DNA of 64,000 nucleotides from Mobula birostris (taxonomy: Eukaryota). Numbering within the stretch: position 1 is the first letter of the stretch; the number at the start of each line of letters is the position of its first letter. Shown piece after piece: positions 49,640 through 63,199 of the stretch. Both the position numbers and the translations under genes were made by a program. The DNA lies in NCBI RefSeq assembly GCF_030028105.1, contig NC_092379.1, forward strand, positions 21,801,309 to 21,865,308. The letters run 5' to 3'. The notes below the pieces were generated by a model. The model was not told where the DNA came from and did not search any database. It was given only the letters and a program-made list of their open reading frames with translations.

Positions 49640-52600
49640 AGGCAACATACACTGGCATCAGTGAAAGTAGTTCGACAGAGTTTGGCAGATGAAAAGCAGC
49701 AACTGGTGAAACTATTTTCTATGCAGGAAGACAAGATGGTCAGCATCATGATGGTGTAGCTGTCATTTTGAAGAAAGGCATTGATAAGTCCCCACTGGAG
49801 TGAAAACCATTGAACAGTCGGCTGGTGAGAGTCAGGCTGAGAGTGAAGCAAGTGAACATGACTGTGATCCAGTGCTATGCTCCAAATAACAAGAGTGATA
49901 TTGAAGAAAAGGGCATCTTCTACAAACAGCAGAGATAGAGTTAACATCACGCCATGACATAATCATCATCATGGGAGATCTAAATGGCAAAGTGGAAAAT
50001 ACAACTCACACTTCACTAGGGTTATGGGTACATAGGGATGTAGAACGATCAATAACAATGGTGAAAGACTGGTGGAATTCTGTGCCATGAACTATCTGGT
50101 CACAGGAGGAACCCTCTTTCCGGACCACGAAATCCACAAACTGACATGGTGCTCACCCAGTGGACATGACAAGATCCAGATTGACCATTTGATGATCGAT
50201 GGTACATGGAGACGATGCTTGCAGGATGTAAAGGTGAAGAGAGGAGCAGATACAGGGAGTAATCACCACCACCATCTGTAATCCATTGGACAATGACTTT
50301 GGTGAGACAAATGAGTGGTGCCACATCAATTGTTGCAATCACTTAGTGCTCCTTTCTTGGGGATCCTAACTCCCTTTGTCCAGTCCTTGGACACTTGTCC
50401 CCATTCACAGATTGTTGTAAACAGAGGTTGCAGGAACCCAGTCGCAGACCAAGTACTGTGCACACTGTGATATTTACTGAGTAGCAAATCCAGAGGGTCA
50501 ACAAGGTCGGCATCAAAGTTCAGGCAGAGATCAAAAATTCCAGAGAAATCCAAAAACCAGAATCGGGACTGGAGCACATGGGGCATGAAAACAAACAAGA
50601 GCACATGGCAATACAAAAGCACAGACTGATGGCGAGGGGGAAAACACACAAAAAGACAAAGTTCAGTTGGAGGTACTGACAGACTGCTGCAACTTTTTGT
50701 TCAGCTTTGAACAGTTTGGCTTTCAAATTGTCATGTTCTGGAGCTTTGCTGTTTCTTAACGATTTAATCACAGTAACAATTGTTATGTACCCCGTAACTG
50801 GGTTGCCAAACCAGCAGAAATGGATCACTCAGTTGGAGTCTGGATTACCAGGACTAAGAAAGTTTTATTAAAGAAACAAGCAACACAGTACTCTAATCAA
50901 AAGGATAATAAATGCAACAGTTCAGCAATGATAAACACACCTGTGCACAGAATTAAGATAACAGGATCAATCAAGCTCTATCGTTGTCTAGGGGTAAATG
51001 ACCAGTTTCAAAGTGACACAAAGTCCAGTTCAATTTAGTTCAGTTTGCAGTAATCTTTGCCATGGCGATGGACAGTGGGGGGGGGCGGGGAGAGAGAGCA
51101 AAATGAATGAATATTCAACACAGCTTCCACACAGACCTTCGCAGTCAGCTTTCTGGCGAGTCCTTTGTGATGTCTCTCTCTCTCTCCTGAAGACAGGTAG
51201 CAGACCAACTGCTGATCACACAGGACAGCGAACATTTTAATCTATGTGTATTCTTGTCACGCTTCCCCCCTTTAAGGATTTTTCCCGGGGGGGCAAAAAT
51301 TACAAACGTGAATACATTATTTGATACACACACAAATATACATCTTTATCAGCTATTTGGCTAATACAGCGAGTTTGAAGTTGTCAACACCTGACAGACA
51401 GTCAGCCATCACATTTTCTGTTCCTTTTATACGTGTTATTAATAATCCCTTAGACCAGGCTCCAATTTAGCAAACTTCATAGTGGCCAAAAACACTGATG
51501 AATTGCGATCAATGTAACCTCTCATTTGGTTTTGTCCCGGACCACAATAACAAGGGTCGTCCCATTCCGACTTAGTTTTCTCTCGCAAGGGCTTAGTGGG
51601 AGGGGGAGGGGTAGTGACCACAGAGTTATTGCAAAACTTCCTACAGTACCCCACCATCTCCAAGAGCCTTCTGAGGGCCCTCTTGTCTGTCGGGGTTTGG
51701 AGGTCAGCGATAGCCTGCACTGTAGCTTGTATCGCTGCCAGCTGCCCCTGTGTCACCACAATTCCCAGGTAAGTGACCTTCGTGTGGCCGAACTCATTTT
51801 TTTCAAGGTTCACTCTCAAGCTGGCTTCAGACAGCCGTATTAAATTGCCAATACACACCTCTGTTTTCGTCAGCCCTTTAGTCACTGAATTACTCATTCT
51901 ATATGATTGTTGCTTGCTAGGCTGACCTAACAGACACCACCCAACGTCCCAGTTCTTTGCATCGCCTCGGGACAATCAAACACACGGGTGCGAGTCGTTT
52001 AATTGCTTCTCCTAAAGAGTCGCTTTGTTCGGGGATTAAGGGAGAGACCTTATCAGCAGACCTGGCCAAAACAATAGCCTTCTCCCATCTGGTGGATACC
52101 ATACTCATCTTTTCAAAATGGTTTTTTTCTCTTATCGGGGGGACCCTAGCTTCATTGATTTCCGCGCTAACATGGACTAGGTTTGTTAGCATATCAAAAG
52201 CCTGTGACCGTCTCAGTTCGCGTCGGTCATAATCAATAACATCCTTCCCCCTGGGCAGCCGGTAAACCTCTTTCATGATTCCACCAACTGTTCCCTCCAG
52301 TACCGCAAAATGTCCACCGGGGGGTACCTTGTGGGCCAGGTTAAAAACCTCATCCCCATAACTCTTTTGCACCACCCCTCATTCCGCATCTGCAGGTACG
52401 GTACTTGGTCTCCCTTTCTTCCTTAGCACTTCCTCCTCCACCAAAACCATCAGCCCCTCGTCTCGCTCCTGCGTCTGCACAAATTCTTTCCTGGCTAATG
52501 TTACGTCCGTCCCAGCTCCCTCACTACCTCTTGCCTCACTACACTCCTTCTTTTCACTTTCTACCCCCTTCTCGTACAAGGCTGGCAGAAACGTCTCAGC

Positions 52601-55600
52601 TAAATTCACTACCGCGGTCCCGTGATGAACCTGTGAGTCCATGGGCGGGGCCTCAATGCTGGCAGGCTGACCTGTCAATCTCACGACTGGGAACACGATT
52701 CCCCCGGCGACGTCATTACCAAGCAAGACTTCCACGCCTTTCATCGGTAATTCGGACCTCACCCCGATCGTGACTAGTCCAGAGACCAGGTTGCTTTGTA
52801 AGTGTACCTGGTGCAAAGGGACTGACTCTGTCCCTTCCCCAACACCTTGGACCTTTACCTCCCCAGTCTGGGTCTCTGAGCTAAACTCTAATACACTCTT
52901 CAGTATTAGTGGCTGACACGCTCCCGTGTCTCTCCAGATCCGCACTGGAACTGGTTTTAACCCCTCCTTTGCCGACACCAATCCGGCCGGGGTAAACCTC
53001 TCGCGCCCTTCCTGAACGTTGGCAGACCTGTCCTTCCTTAGCGGTTCGTTTACCAGCTCGATACAGCCAGTCAAAATCGCTGTTTTTCCTTTTCCCGTCT
53101 CCTTCTTTGGGGCAAAGCACCTGGACGCAAAGTGTCCGGCTTTCCCGCAATTATAATAGACGACCCCAGGAGACTTCCTGCCAGACTGCTCCCGGTCTAC
53201 CTTATCCCTCTCACTAGTCCCCGGCTTACTTTCTGACTTTTCCGGCGGACTCTCCCCGCCGTCCTGACTACCCTTCAGGTAGCCTTTACTCGGGGCAAAC
53301 TTCATTTTTTGCGTCAACGCATACTCATCCGCTAACTTAGCAGTTGCGGCTAACGTGGCTGCCTCTTTCTCATCTAGGTAGGGTCTCATACCCTCAGGGA
53401 CACAACCTTTAAACTGCTCAATCAGGATCCGCTGTAGCAGTCTGTCATAATCCCCATCTACCCCCTTCGAGGCGCACCAACTCTCACAATATGTCTGCAT
53501 CTCACGGGCAAACTCTAAATACGTGCGGTCCCACTGCTTCCTCGCATTCCGGAACCTCTGCCGGTATGCCTCCGGGATCAACTCATAAATCCTGAGGATG
53601 GCCTCTTTCACCACCTCATACCTCTGGGCATCTTCCGCTGACAAAGTTGAGTAAGCTTGTTGGGCTTTCCCTTTCAGTACACTTTGAAGCAAAACAACCT
53701 ACTTATCCCTCGGCCATTCCAGCCTAACCTCCTGGGTCGCCCGGAACCCTCCACCTTGGTTCGGCACGAGACCCTGCTCGGCCCTTATCTTTAACTTCTC
53801 CAGCTCAAATTCCTTTTCCCTCTGCCTCTCTCTCTCTTCTCGCTCCCATTGCCTCTCTTTCTCTTCTCTCTCCAACTGTTTCTCCCTCTTTCTCTCTGGC
53901 CTTTCTAACTCTCTCTCTTGCCTTTCTAACTCTTTCTCTTTCTCCCGCCTTTCTAACTCTCTCTCTTTCTCCTGCCTTTCTAATTCTCTCTCTTCCTCCC
54001 GCCTTTCTTGCTGCTTCTCTTCATGTTCTAACTGTCGTACCCGGAACTCGTGCTCGAGTCTCAGTTTTTCAAGCTGTACCTGTACCGCGTCTCCGGCAGG
54101 TTTTTCAATAGACACCACCCCCAGCTCGCCTTGGGGAAACACACCTTTAGATGCATAGTGCTCTATGATAGCTCTGTGTATCTCCTCTCTCCTCATTGTC
54201 AACTTCCCCTTAGCAAGATTCAACAGTTTGACCACAGCTACCAATTCCGATTTCCTGGCATCCTCTAATGCCTCCAAGGTCGGCGCCTTTATAAATTCCT
54301 CAGCCTCCATTTCTGCTGTTTGTCTTTTCTTTCTTTTGGGAATTTTGACCCAATCAATTTACTCCGTCCCAAATTTAGCATTCAAAATCGCGGACGAGAA
54401 CCCCACTTATGTTACGTACCCCGTAACTGGGTTGCCAAAACAGCAGAAATGGATCACTCAGTTGGAGTCTGGATTACTAGAACTAAGAAAGTTTTATTAA
54501 AGAAACAAGCAACACAGTACTCCAATCAAAAGGATAATAAATGCAACAGTTCAGCAATGATAAACACACCTGTGTACAGAATTAAGATAACAGGATCAAT
54601 CAAGCTCTATCGTTGTCTAGGGGTAAATGACCAGTTTCAAAGTGACACAAAGTTCAGTTCAATTTAGTTCAGTTCGCAGTAATCGTTGCCATGGCGATGG
54701 ACAGTGGGGAGGAAGGAGAGAGAACAAAACGAATGAATATCCAACACAGCTTCCACACAGACCTTTGCAGTCAGCTTTCGGGCGAGTCCTCTGTGATGTC
54801 ATCTGAGGTCACCAACTGTGACCCTTCCATTTCCAGATACGATCGTTTCCCTGCATTGAACCTGGCACCCAGGCAAGGGTGGACACACACCAGGTTCCCG
54901 CTGATCGTGCCTTTCCACCCTGAGCGTCTAAGGCTTGATCCCGCAATCAGCCATCCAAAAGCTTCCCACCGGCTTCTGAGAGGCCCACCACTTCCAGGGT
55001 CTCGTTACCTCGGGTGTCGTGTGTGTCCTGCCTTAGCGAACCTGTCCCTTTTTATCCCCCTGCTGGGGTATCGCCTGTTCTTCACTTCAAACAGTTCAGG
55101 GTTCAAAGGGGGAGCCGCTCTTGACAGCTCTCCTTCCCCTTCATTACACATCTCCAAATGCTGCTCCATTGTTTTCCTTATCTCTCTCTCTCCTGAAGAC
55201 AGGTGGCAGACCAACTGCTGATCACACAGGACAGTGAACATCTTAATCTACGTGTATTCTTGTCACACAATCTCTTCCTTCTTGAGTGGATCTGCGTTGA
55301 TATCAAGGTCCTCTGCGTCCATTCAGTAAATCTCTGAAATGCCCTGTCCATCATTCTTCGTGCATTTGTCAAAAGTAGACAGTTCTTAACTCTCATGGGG
55401 CTACTAGGTCTGGCTTGGAACTTTCCACATACCAATTTTGAAATCGTGTATATATTTTCCTGATCACGTCAATTGGCTGCTGCTGTGGCCAGCATGCAAG
55501 GTCTTCCATGTAGACTCTTTTATCCATTCTTAAAAGCTCTTCACATTCTTGCTAGCGTCAGTGAATGCCAGTTGAAGTTTCACCTTAATTTGTGTTGACT

Positions 55601-56140
55601 TTGCATCGAACACTTTCATCCTGATTTTTTATCTTTCTTCTAAGGCTGTCCCATGTTTCCTGCTGTATGCATTCTTCGTTTTTCTTTACAGCTCTGTAAT
55701 GTAGACAAGCCTCGCTGATCTCCTTGAACACTGACACAATCTGTTTCCACATCGTGTTGATCTTGCACACTGACACAACCTCGCCAAGGCCTGAAATCTG
55801 TTCTTTAAGTTGAATGATGACAACAGGTCTCACACTGGTGTCCTTGAACTTCTCAACATCAAGACGTCTTTGTACATGTGCTCTGGTCCCAGTGGTTCTC
55901 AGCATGAGTGCTTGAAGAAGGAGCAAGTTGGCTTCAGGAAGAATAGAGGCTCTGTCAACCAGATCTTCAGGCTATGCAACATCACAGAGCAGTGCACAGA
56001 GTGGCAGAGACAACGATACATCAATTTCATGGACTTTGAAAAGGCTTCTGATAGCATCCACAGGGAGAGCCTCTGCTGAATTCTCAGATCATATAGGATC
56101 CCTTCCAAAATTGTCCAGCATACCTTGAGTTTTCATTTCA
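49640..56140. mobile_element. RTE-clade LINE, internally inverted and interrupted by the LTR element
   Basis: Endonuclease on plus (IQCYAP, TWCSPSG...QIDHLMI) to about 50275; linker and RT start on minus (about 55900-55272, 50780-50282); RT resumes on plus (KEQVGFRKNR...DFEKASDSIHRE). Confidence 0.75.
50781..55267 (-). mobile_element. Gmr1-like Gypsy LTR retrotransposon, internally deleted
   Basis: LTRs 54410-55267 and 50781-51261; 4-bp TSD CAAT (50777-50780, 55268-55271); tRNA-Pro-like PBS 54381-54405; PPT 51262-51273; gag with CCHC knuckle (YNCGKAGHFASRC), protease (RDTGA), then integrase and RT remnants. Confidence 0.92.
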
Positions 56141-58189
56141 CATTTGGATCAGGTAAAGTTCTAGTCATTGCATAACAGGAATGATGTGGATGCTTTGGAG
56201 AGGGTGAAGAATGGATTCAGTTCAGTGTTGTTTGGATTGGAGCATATTAGCTGCAAGGAGAGGTTGGATAACCTTGGTCTGTTTTTGCTGGAGCTTTGGA
56301 GACTGTGGGATGGACTGACAGAAGTATGCAAATTTATGAGGAGCATAGACAGTCACAGCCTTTTTCTAGAGTAGAAACCTCAAATGCCAGCAGTTTCAGG
56401 TGAGGGGGAAATGTATAAATTTATGAAGCAAAATTTCGGTCGATATCTGGAGTGTGTTGCCAGAGGAATTGATAGCAGCATATAAGACAACAAGATTGAT
56501 CAATGAAGAACCAAGTGGTCCCATAAAAACCTAAACTGGTCACTGGCGATGAGGTTATTTGGTGAGTAAGTGCCACTTTCCAACACTGTCGACTATGGCT
56601 CCCATCACTTTTCTGAAGATTGAGCAGACGAATTGGGCTATTATTGTCTAATTAGATTTGTCCTGTATTTTGAGAATGGACATACTGGGCAATTTTTCCC
56701 ATTCTTATGCAGATATCAATGTTGTATCCGTACTGGAGCAGTTTCGTTGGAACTATCAGTATAATGGCATTGGGCCAGAGCACAAATTTCCTACTTGCAG
56801 TGTAAATAAGCACCGCCATCAATCTGAGCCCATCTGTTTTCTTCCCATAGAAGACAATATTTAAGTTTGGTTCAAGTCAGCATTATATTGTTAATTCCCA
56901 GAAGATAGATGTCTCCATGCTTGCAGGGACTCCTTCTCCCTTCAGGGTTTCAGTCACATTCGTCAATCCGCTTTTCAGTACTACAAGAATTGTTTATTGA
57001 TATTGGTCCCTGAATCAGAAAAATATTCCCATGCCTTGAGCAGCGAAGTTATTCTCTTTAGTAAGCCTATTTCCTCTGGAAGGCCCCCTGTTCAGATTAA
57101 GTCAAGCCACATCTCCAATAGGAAACTGAGAAGGAAATATCCCCTATATCGCTGCCCAGTTTCACCCACCTGTCAAGAATGAAAATATGAAATGTGTTTC
57201 TGGTAAATCAACAGCTGCACACAGAGATTCTGTTCAAATTTATCCCATGCACTGAGTGTCAGAAGGAGGTTGTTCAGCCCTCCAGTCTATTCCCTCTTAA
57301 GCTGACCTGTGTCCGAGCTCCATTTACCCTCCTTGACTCCACATATTTTATTAATTGAACTCAAACAAAATTCTATTAATTTTGAAGTTTCAACTGACAC
57401 CTCCTACCCCACCTCCCCAGTCTTGCACACTTCTCAGGGAGAGTTCCAGATTTCCAGTGCCCTGGATATCCTGAAGTAACAGATTCTTTGTGTTATCTGC
57501 ACCATCTTGAATGTTTTTTAAACTCCCGAATTACACTGGCCTTCAATTTTCCACACTTCAGGGAACAAGAGACCAGACTGAATATTCTATCCCAGTCCCA
57601 GTAGCACTTCACTGTGCCTCGTCCACACAACCCGTCTCCAAGGAAAACACTTCCTGAGGGGTGATGCTAAGAATCACAGCCGGTGCACCAGATGTGGTCT
57701 CATTAGATCTCTACTCCATAGCAGTGTAATATCTACCCCTCTGTAGCCCTGTTTTCCCCATTAACTGCAGTACATTGAGACTTTTAAGTTAAATATGTCC
57801 TCAGGATTAATTAGAACCCAAACCTGCCAGGGGTCTCTCATCCAAAGTGAACATTCCCCATTCCCTCTCTGTCCACTGGGATTAGTTAATCCTTTATGGA
57901 ATCTGTGTCAGTCAGCTGACACAGCGGAAACAAGACCTCTCTTGAAACACAAACTCACTAAACAACAACCTCTATGACTGTGGGCAGTTTGCCTCCTTAT
58001 GTTTCTCGCCACACCTGAGTATTTTCATATGTACCTGACTCAACCTACTATTGGCTTGTATTCATTACAGATTGTTTAAAACTTCCTAGTCTTACTGCTG
58101 TTAGATAAAAATCTCACTCACAGCTGGCTATCCCATTCCAGCTCCCACTGCCTCTGTCCCATTCTGAACTGAGATACGGGACATGCTCC

Positions 58190-59095
58190 ACTCTACTCTC
58201 TCTCTACACCCATGACTGTGTGGCTCAGCACAGCTCAAATGCCATCTTCACATTTGTCTGTTGTTGGCAGAATCTCAGATGGTGATGAGGAGGGGTACAG
58301 AAGTGAGCCAGATTGGCTGGTTGAGTGGTGAGACAATGATGACCTGAACTCAATGCCAGTCAGAGTAATGAATTGATTGTAGCTTTCAGGAAGGGAACAT
58401 GGCGGGGGGCCGGGGGTGACATACACCAGGTATCATTGAGGGATCAGCAGTGGAAAGGGTGAGCAGCTTCAGATTCCTGGCTGTCAACATCGCTAAAGAT
58501 CTATCCTGGGACCAACTTATTGATGAAATGACAAAGAAAGAGGTTACATTTCATTAGGAGTTTGAGATGATTTGGTGTTTCACCAAATACGCCAGCAAAT
58601 TTCTACAGATGTACTATGGAGCATTGGATGTGGTTGCCTCACCGTCTGGTACAGACAGGCCACTGCACAGGGTCAGAAAAAGCTGCAGAGAGTTGCAAAC
58701 TCGGCCAGCTCCATCACGGGCACCATCTTCCCCAGCACTGAGGACATCTTCAAAAGGCAATGCCTCAAAAAGCCACATCCATCATTAAAGACCCACATCA
58801 TACCGGACATGTTCTCCTTTTATTACTACCATCAGAGAGGAGGTACAGGAGCCTGGAGACACACACTCAACATTTCAGGAACAGCTTCTTCCCCTCTGCC
58901 ATCAGATTTCTGAACAGGGAATGAACCAACTTATGAACACTACCTCCTATTTTTGCTCTCGATTTGCATGTGTTATATATACATGTATCTCATTGTAATT
59001 TATGGTTTTTATCTGTTGCACTGTACTGCTGCCACAACACAACAAATTTCACAGCATATGTCAGTGATATTAAACCTGCTTCTGATACTGATGGG
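58190..59095 (+). mobile_element. Rex1/Babar-L2-like LINE 3' part
   Basis: Decayed RT end and C-terminal domain with the ...aaacctg(a)ttctga tail. Confidence 0.72.
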
Positions 59096-62076
59096 AGTGA
59101 AGGCAGAAACTAGTTGAGTCTGATGATCTGATATACCTGACCGTAGGTGACCGGTCTGGGCCCAACTGCTACCGCTGGGAAACAACAGTTCCTGAGAAAG
59201 AGTTTGGGGTCGGGTGATGGACAGAAAAGTGAAGGGAAAATAAAGAGAGAGGAACATACAGAGAGAGTGAAGGAGGAAGAGGATAAGAGACATGCAGTGA
59301 GAAAGAATGAAATGGGGAGGAAGTGATGAGAGGGTGACAGAAAGGGGAAAGAGGAAATGAGAGAGAAACGATGTGGATATGCAGTGAGTGTGCAGGAACA
59401 GGAGAGTGAAAGTCCCAGGAAGACATAAAGAGAGTGGGAGAGGAACATGGTGAAGGAAAGGAAACACAACAGATTTTGTTTCTCTCCCGTGACTCTGGTA
59501 TGACACAGACTTAAATGAAATGTACAGCACAGGAGCAGATTCAGACCAATTATTTCATGTCATTGTTTATTTTCCACACAAACTTCCAGTCACTCCACCT
59601 TTGTGCAACTGGGTTAATTTCTCCTTCTGTTCCCTTTCCCCACATTCACTTCTGTGGGAGAGATCCATATTCTCCCAAACCTCTGGATAAATAATCCAAA
59701 TTGGATGATTAGTGATTATTTACAACAGTTTTACTCCCCTGAAGACTGAACAACCTTTCTCTTCCACCCTATCAGGTATTTTTTATATTCTGTGACGTGG
59801 ACATGTGCTTTACCCTTCAACCTTCTCATGACCCTTTTTTCCAGGATGTATTTGAGCAGCTAAAATATTCACCTATTACTAATGAGGTACAAAATGTCCC
59901 CGTTTTCACAGGAAAGAGCCCAAGAGTCAAATCCAGCACATTCCAGCATCAATGAGACAGTGTCCCTGCTGGGAGAATTTCATGGGACTGGGTAAGAGGA
60001 GAGTACAAATTGGTTTTTGTCCAAGTTGAAGCATAGGTTTCATGCCTGCATTAACCTGGGTGAAACTTCATGAACCCTCAGTTCTGGTTGCGCCGTTGTA
60101 AGGATGTGGAGGCTTTGCAGAGGGTGTAAAAGATGTTCATGAGCATGTTGCCTGGATTAGAGAATATTAGCTGTAAGGAGTGGTTGAACAATCTTTGTTT
60201 ACTCTGGAGTGTCGGCTGAGAGGCAACCTGATAGAGGTTTATGAAAGCATAAGAGTCATCGACAGGGCCGAGAGTTAGAGTCATTTTCCCAGGGTAAAAT
60301 GTCATTTCCAAAAGGACAAAGATTTAAGCTGAGGGGTATACCATTTAAAGGAGATTTGTGGGTTGTAGTTATTACACACAGAGTGATAGGTGCCTGGAAT
60401 GCACTGGCAGGAGTGGGGTGAATCAGCATGATAGTACAGTTGAGATACATTTGAAAAAGCACATGACCATTCAGGATACGGAGGGATGTGGATTCTGTGC
60501 TGATAGTTCGGTTTAGATTAATTTGGTGGTGTGGTTGTCACAGTCATCATGGGCTGAAGGGCCTGTTCCTGTGCTGTACTGTTCTGTGTTGTAGGTTTAC
60601 TTGAAGCTCAGTAACTATTTGTTATTAATAGCTGACAGATGTCTGAAACTCTGTGATAACATTAACACTCAGTCCTTACACTTCCTGTCAGGTTTAATTT
60701 GAGCAGGGGGCCCTCCCAGTGGAGCTGTGTTACTAAAAAGAATAAACACACTACTTTACATATGTAAATACAAATCTAACATTGTGCTTTGCACCAACCA
60801 ACAGGTTCACATTTACCACACAGAATGAGACAAAATGAATCAAAACCAAAGGACAAAAGACACAGAGACAGCAAGACCCTCTCCTCGTTACAGAGCATTT
60901 GCCTCATGTCAGAAACAGGCTCACTGTAATGATGATTGACTGTTACTGATTGATTTATTGATTATGCTATGGAATGAGCAGTTCACATGTATGTACACTT
61001 GCGTTTTATGTTCTGTAGCAGTTGGGAGACTCCCACTGACAACTGAAAGTGTGTTTGCTCAGACTGAGCACAGAAGTCCATCCTGATGACTGTAGTTCAG
61101 GTGATCAGATGATTGTGAATTGGCAGCAATCAAGTGGAAAATAAGGGGAAACTAAGAGATGTCACAGACTGCCTTGTCAATATTCCATCAATGGGCAGAA
61201 TCCCGGTGTGACATGCTGGAGCTGATGTTTATTGAAGAGAATGAAGGCTGCCTGGTGATTCTAGTTTAGACTGAAGCAGCCACACAGATCACAATCGCTA
61301 TGAATCACTAAGCTGGGGGTTATCATTGGCCTGGAAGCTCTCAGGCCCTGAAGATCAGGTTTAACAAACTTGCATATTCAGAGAGATTCAGTGATCTGTC
61401 ATCCAATTGTCACTGCAAGGTTGTCAGCTGATGAGGTCCACAAGTTCAGATATCTACTAAACCTTTCTTTCTGACATCTGGACAGTAAAATGTATAGTTT
61501 TACTCCTGTAAGAGCCTTAGGCCAGTAGCTTGCTGTTTGATTTTTGTATTCACCTTAAATAAAATAACATCTCTGAATCGGATTCGTGTCTTTAAACTCT
61601 GAATCTATTCTGGTAAGAACAGATTGATAGATCTCACAATACCTGAAAATAACTGTCCTGAAGAAGGTACTGGATGGTACTGCCGTACCATTTTGGGAAT
61701 TTTGTGCTTTCAGATGTCAGATTGGACTACACTCTATTTTCATTGTGGTTTAACTTTATTATGTTTGTTTGTTTTTAAAATAATTATCAATAAACATGTA
61801 ATTGTTCAGTGGGTTGCCATTGTCTGTGTATCTACTGGAAACTCTCAGTTTCAGTGGTGGGTATCACATTGCTCAAATAGGGACTATCTCATTGGTTAAT
61901 TTCAGCATGGGAATTTGAATGGAATTTCTGCTCCCAGTATTCTGCAGTCATAAGCAATGGGTTTTAATGCCCCTTCTGACATCTGAAGAACATTAGGTCG
62001 CAAAGACATCTGGACCCAACACAAGTTTAAGTTTTGATCAAATAATCCATCAGACAGGCTGGGGAACCCAGCATTT

Positions 62077-62375
62077 GGGTGGCATGATAGTGTAGTGGTT
62101 AGCAGAATGCTTTCCAGTGCAGGCGACCTGGGGTTCAATTCCTGCCACTGGCTGTAAGGAATTTGTAATTTCTCCCCGAGAATGTGTGGGTTTCCACCGG
62201 GTCTCCGGTTTCCTCTCACAGTCCAAAGACATACCATTTGGTGCTTTAATTGGTCATTGTAAATTGTCCTGTGATTAGACTGGGATTAAATCGGGGGATT
62301 CCTGAGCAGTGTGGTTCGAAGGGCCAGAAGGGCCTATTCCATGCTGTATGCCAATAAATAAATAAATTAAATAAT
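62077..62375 (+). mobile_element. tRNA-derived V-SINE (HE1-like)
   Basis: A box tagtgtagtgg, B box gggttcaattcc, V-core gtgtgggtttcc...ccggtttcctc.cacagtccaaagac, CR1-like tail, (aaat)n end. Confidence 0.85.
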
Positions 62376-63199
62376 TTTCATGGACTTTACTGATTTTTGC
62401 TATGAGTTCATTCTAAAATGATTCTGAAGTTTCCTCTCATCCTCCTCCATATGGGAGTCCAGTCAATTACTCTGTCTGAGGAGCTTTCTCAACAAAGTTC
62501 ACATATTCATTCTAATGAATTTAAACCTGCAGTACTGCCTTTCTCTTCCTCTTTAATTTAAATCCATCTTATGGATGTCATTTCCATTCCCTTCACTCTT
62601 CTATCACTCTGTGTCTGACGTCTCAGTGAGTCAGTAAATTGTGGTGTAAACCATTTCAGCACATCATCCCGTTGGACTGAGGCATTGCTTCCAGATTCCT
62701 CCTCTGACCACATACTTCCTCACCTGCCACTCCCTCTCCTTCTATGACCTGACGTCTGATTTATGCTCCTGTGAAACACCTTCTGATAATTTCCTATATT
62801 AAATCCACATTGTAAATGCAAGTGGTTGCTTTTGGGTAAAATTGTCCAATTATTTTGCATTGCAGACCAACCATGTCCACAAATGAGCCACAAAAGTTCT
62901 TGACGATGAACGGGGGCTGAGTCCCAAGGAAGTCACATTTTCTATTAGAATGTGCAAGAGCATAGAAAATAAAATCAGAAAACTGTGAGGTAGGCAGTGT
63001 CTGGGAAAGAACATCAATCACTGGTGATTCTGGTCTGCATTCCCCTTCAGATTGCAGTGAGGTCACACTTACCTCTTTTGATGCTTAACCCCGGGAACAC
63101 TTACAATACTTCTGTACTAACCATTAACCACTGAGTCTGTACTAAACTTTAACCAGACTGAGTCTGCACTAACCATTATTAACCTCTGAGTCTGCACTA

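Noticed and set aside
53699-54310. E/R/K-rich coiled-coil ORF as a host gene
   Set aside because: N-terminal part of the LTR element gag, inside paired LTRs.
56725-56750. tactggagcagtttcgt resembles the V-D-D junction
   Set aside because: No flanking RSS; lies in what looks like a decayed L1/Tx1-like fragment; likely coincidence.
59009-59530. Hydrophobic ORFs suggesting a membrane protein
   Set aside because: Antisense translation of a GA-rich low-complexity tract.
62077-62150. tRNA gene
   Set aside because: tRNA-like head of a V-SINE, continuing into SINE core and CR1-like tail.
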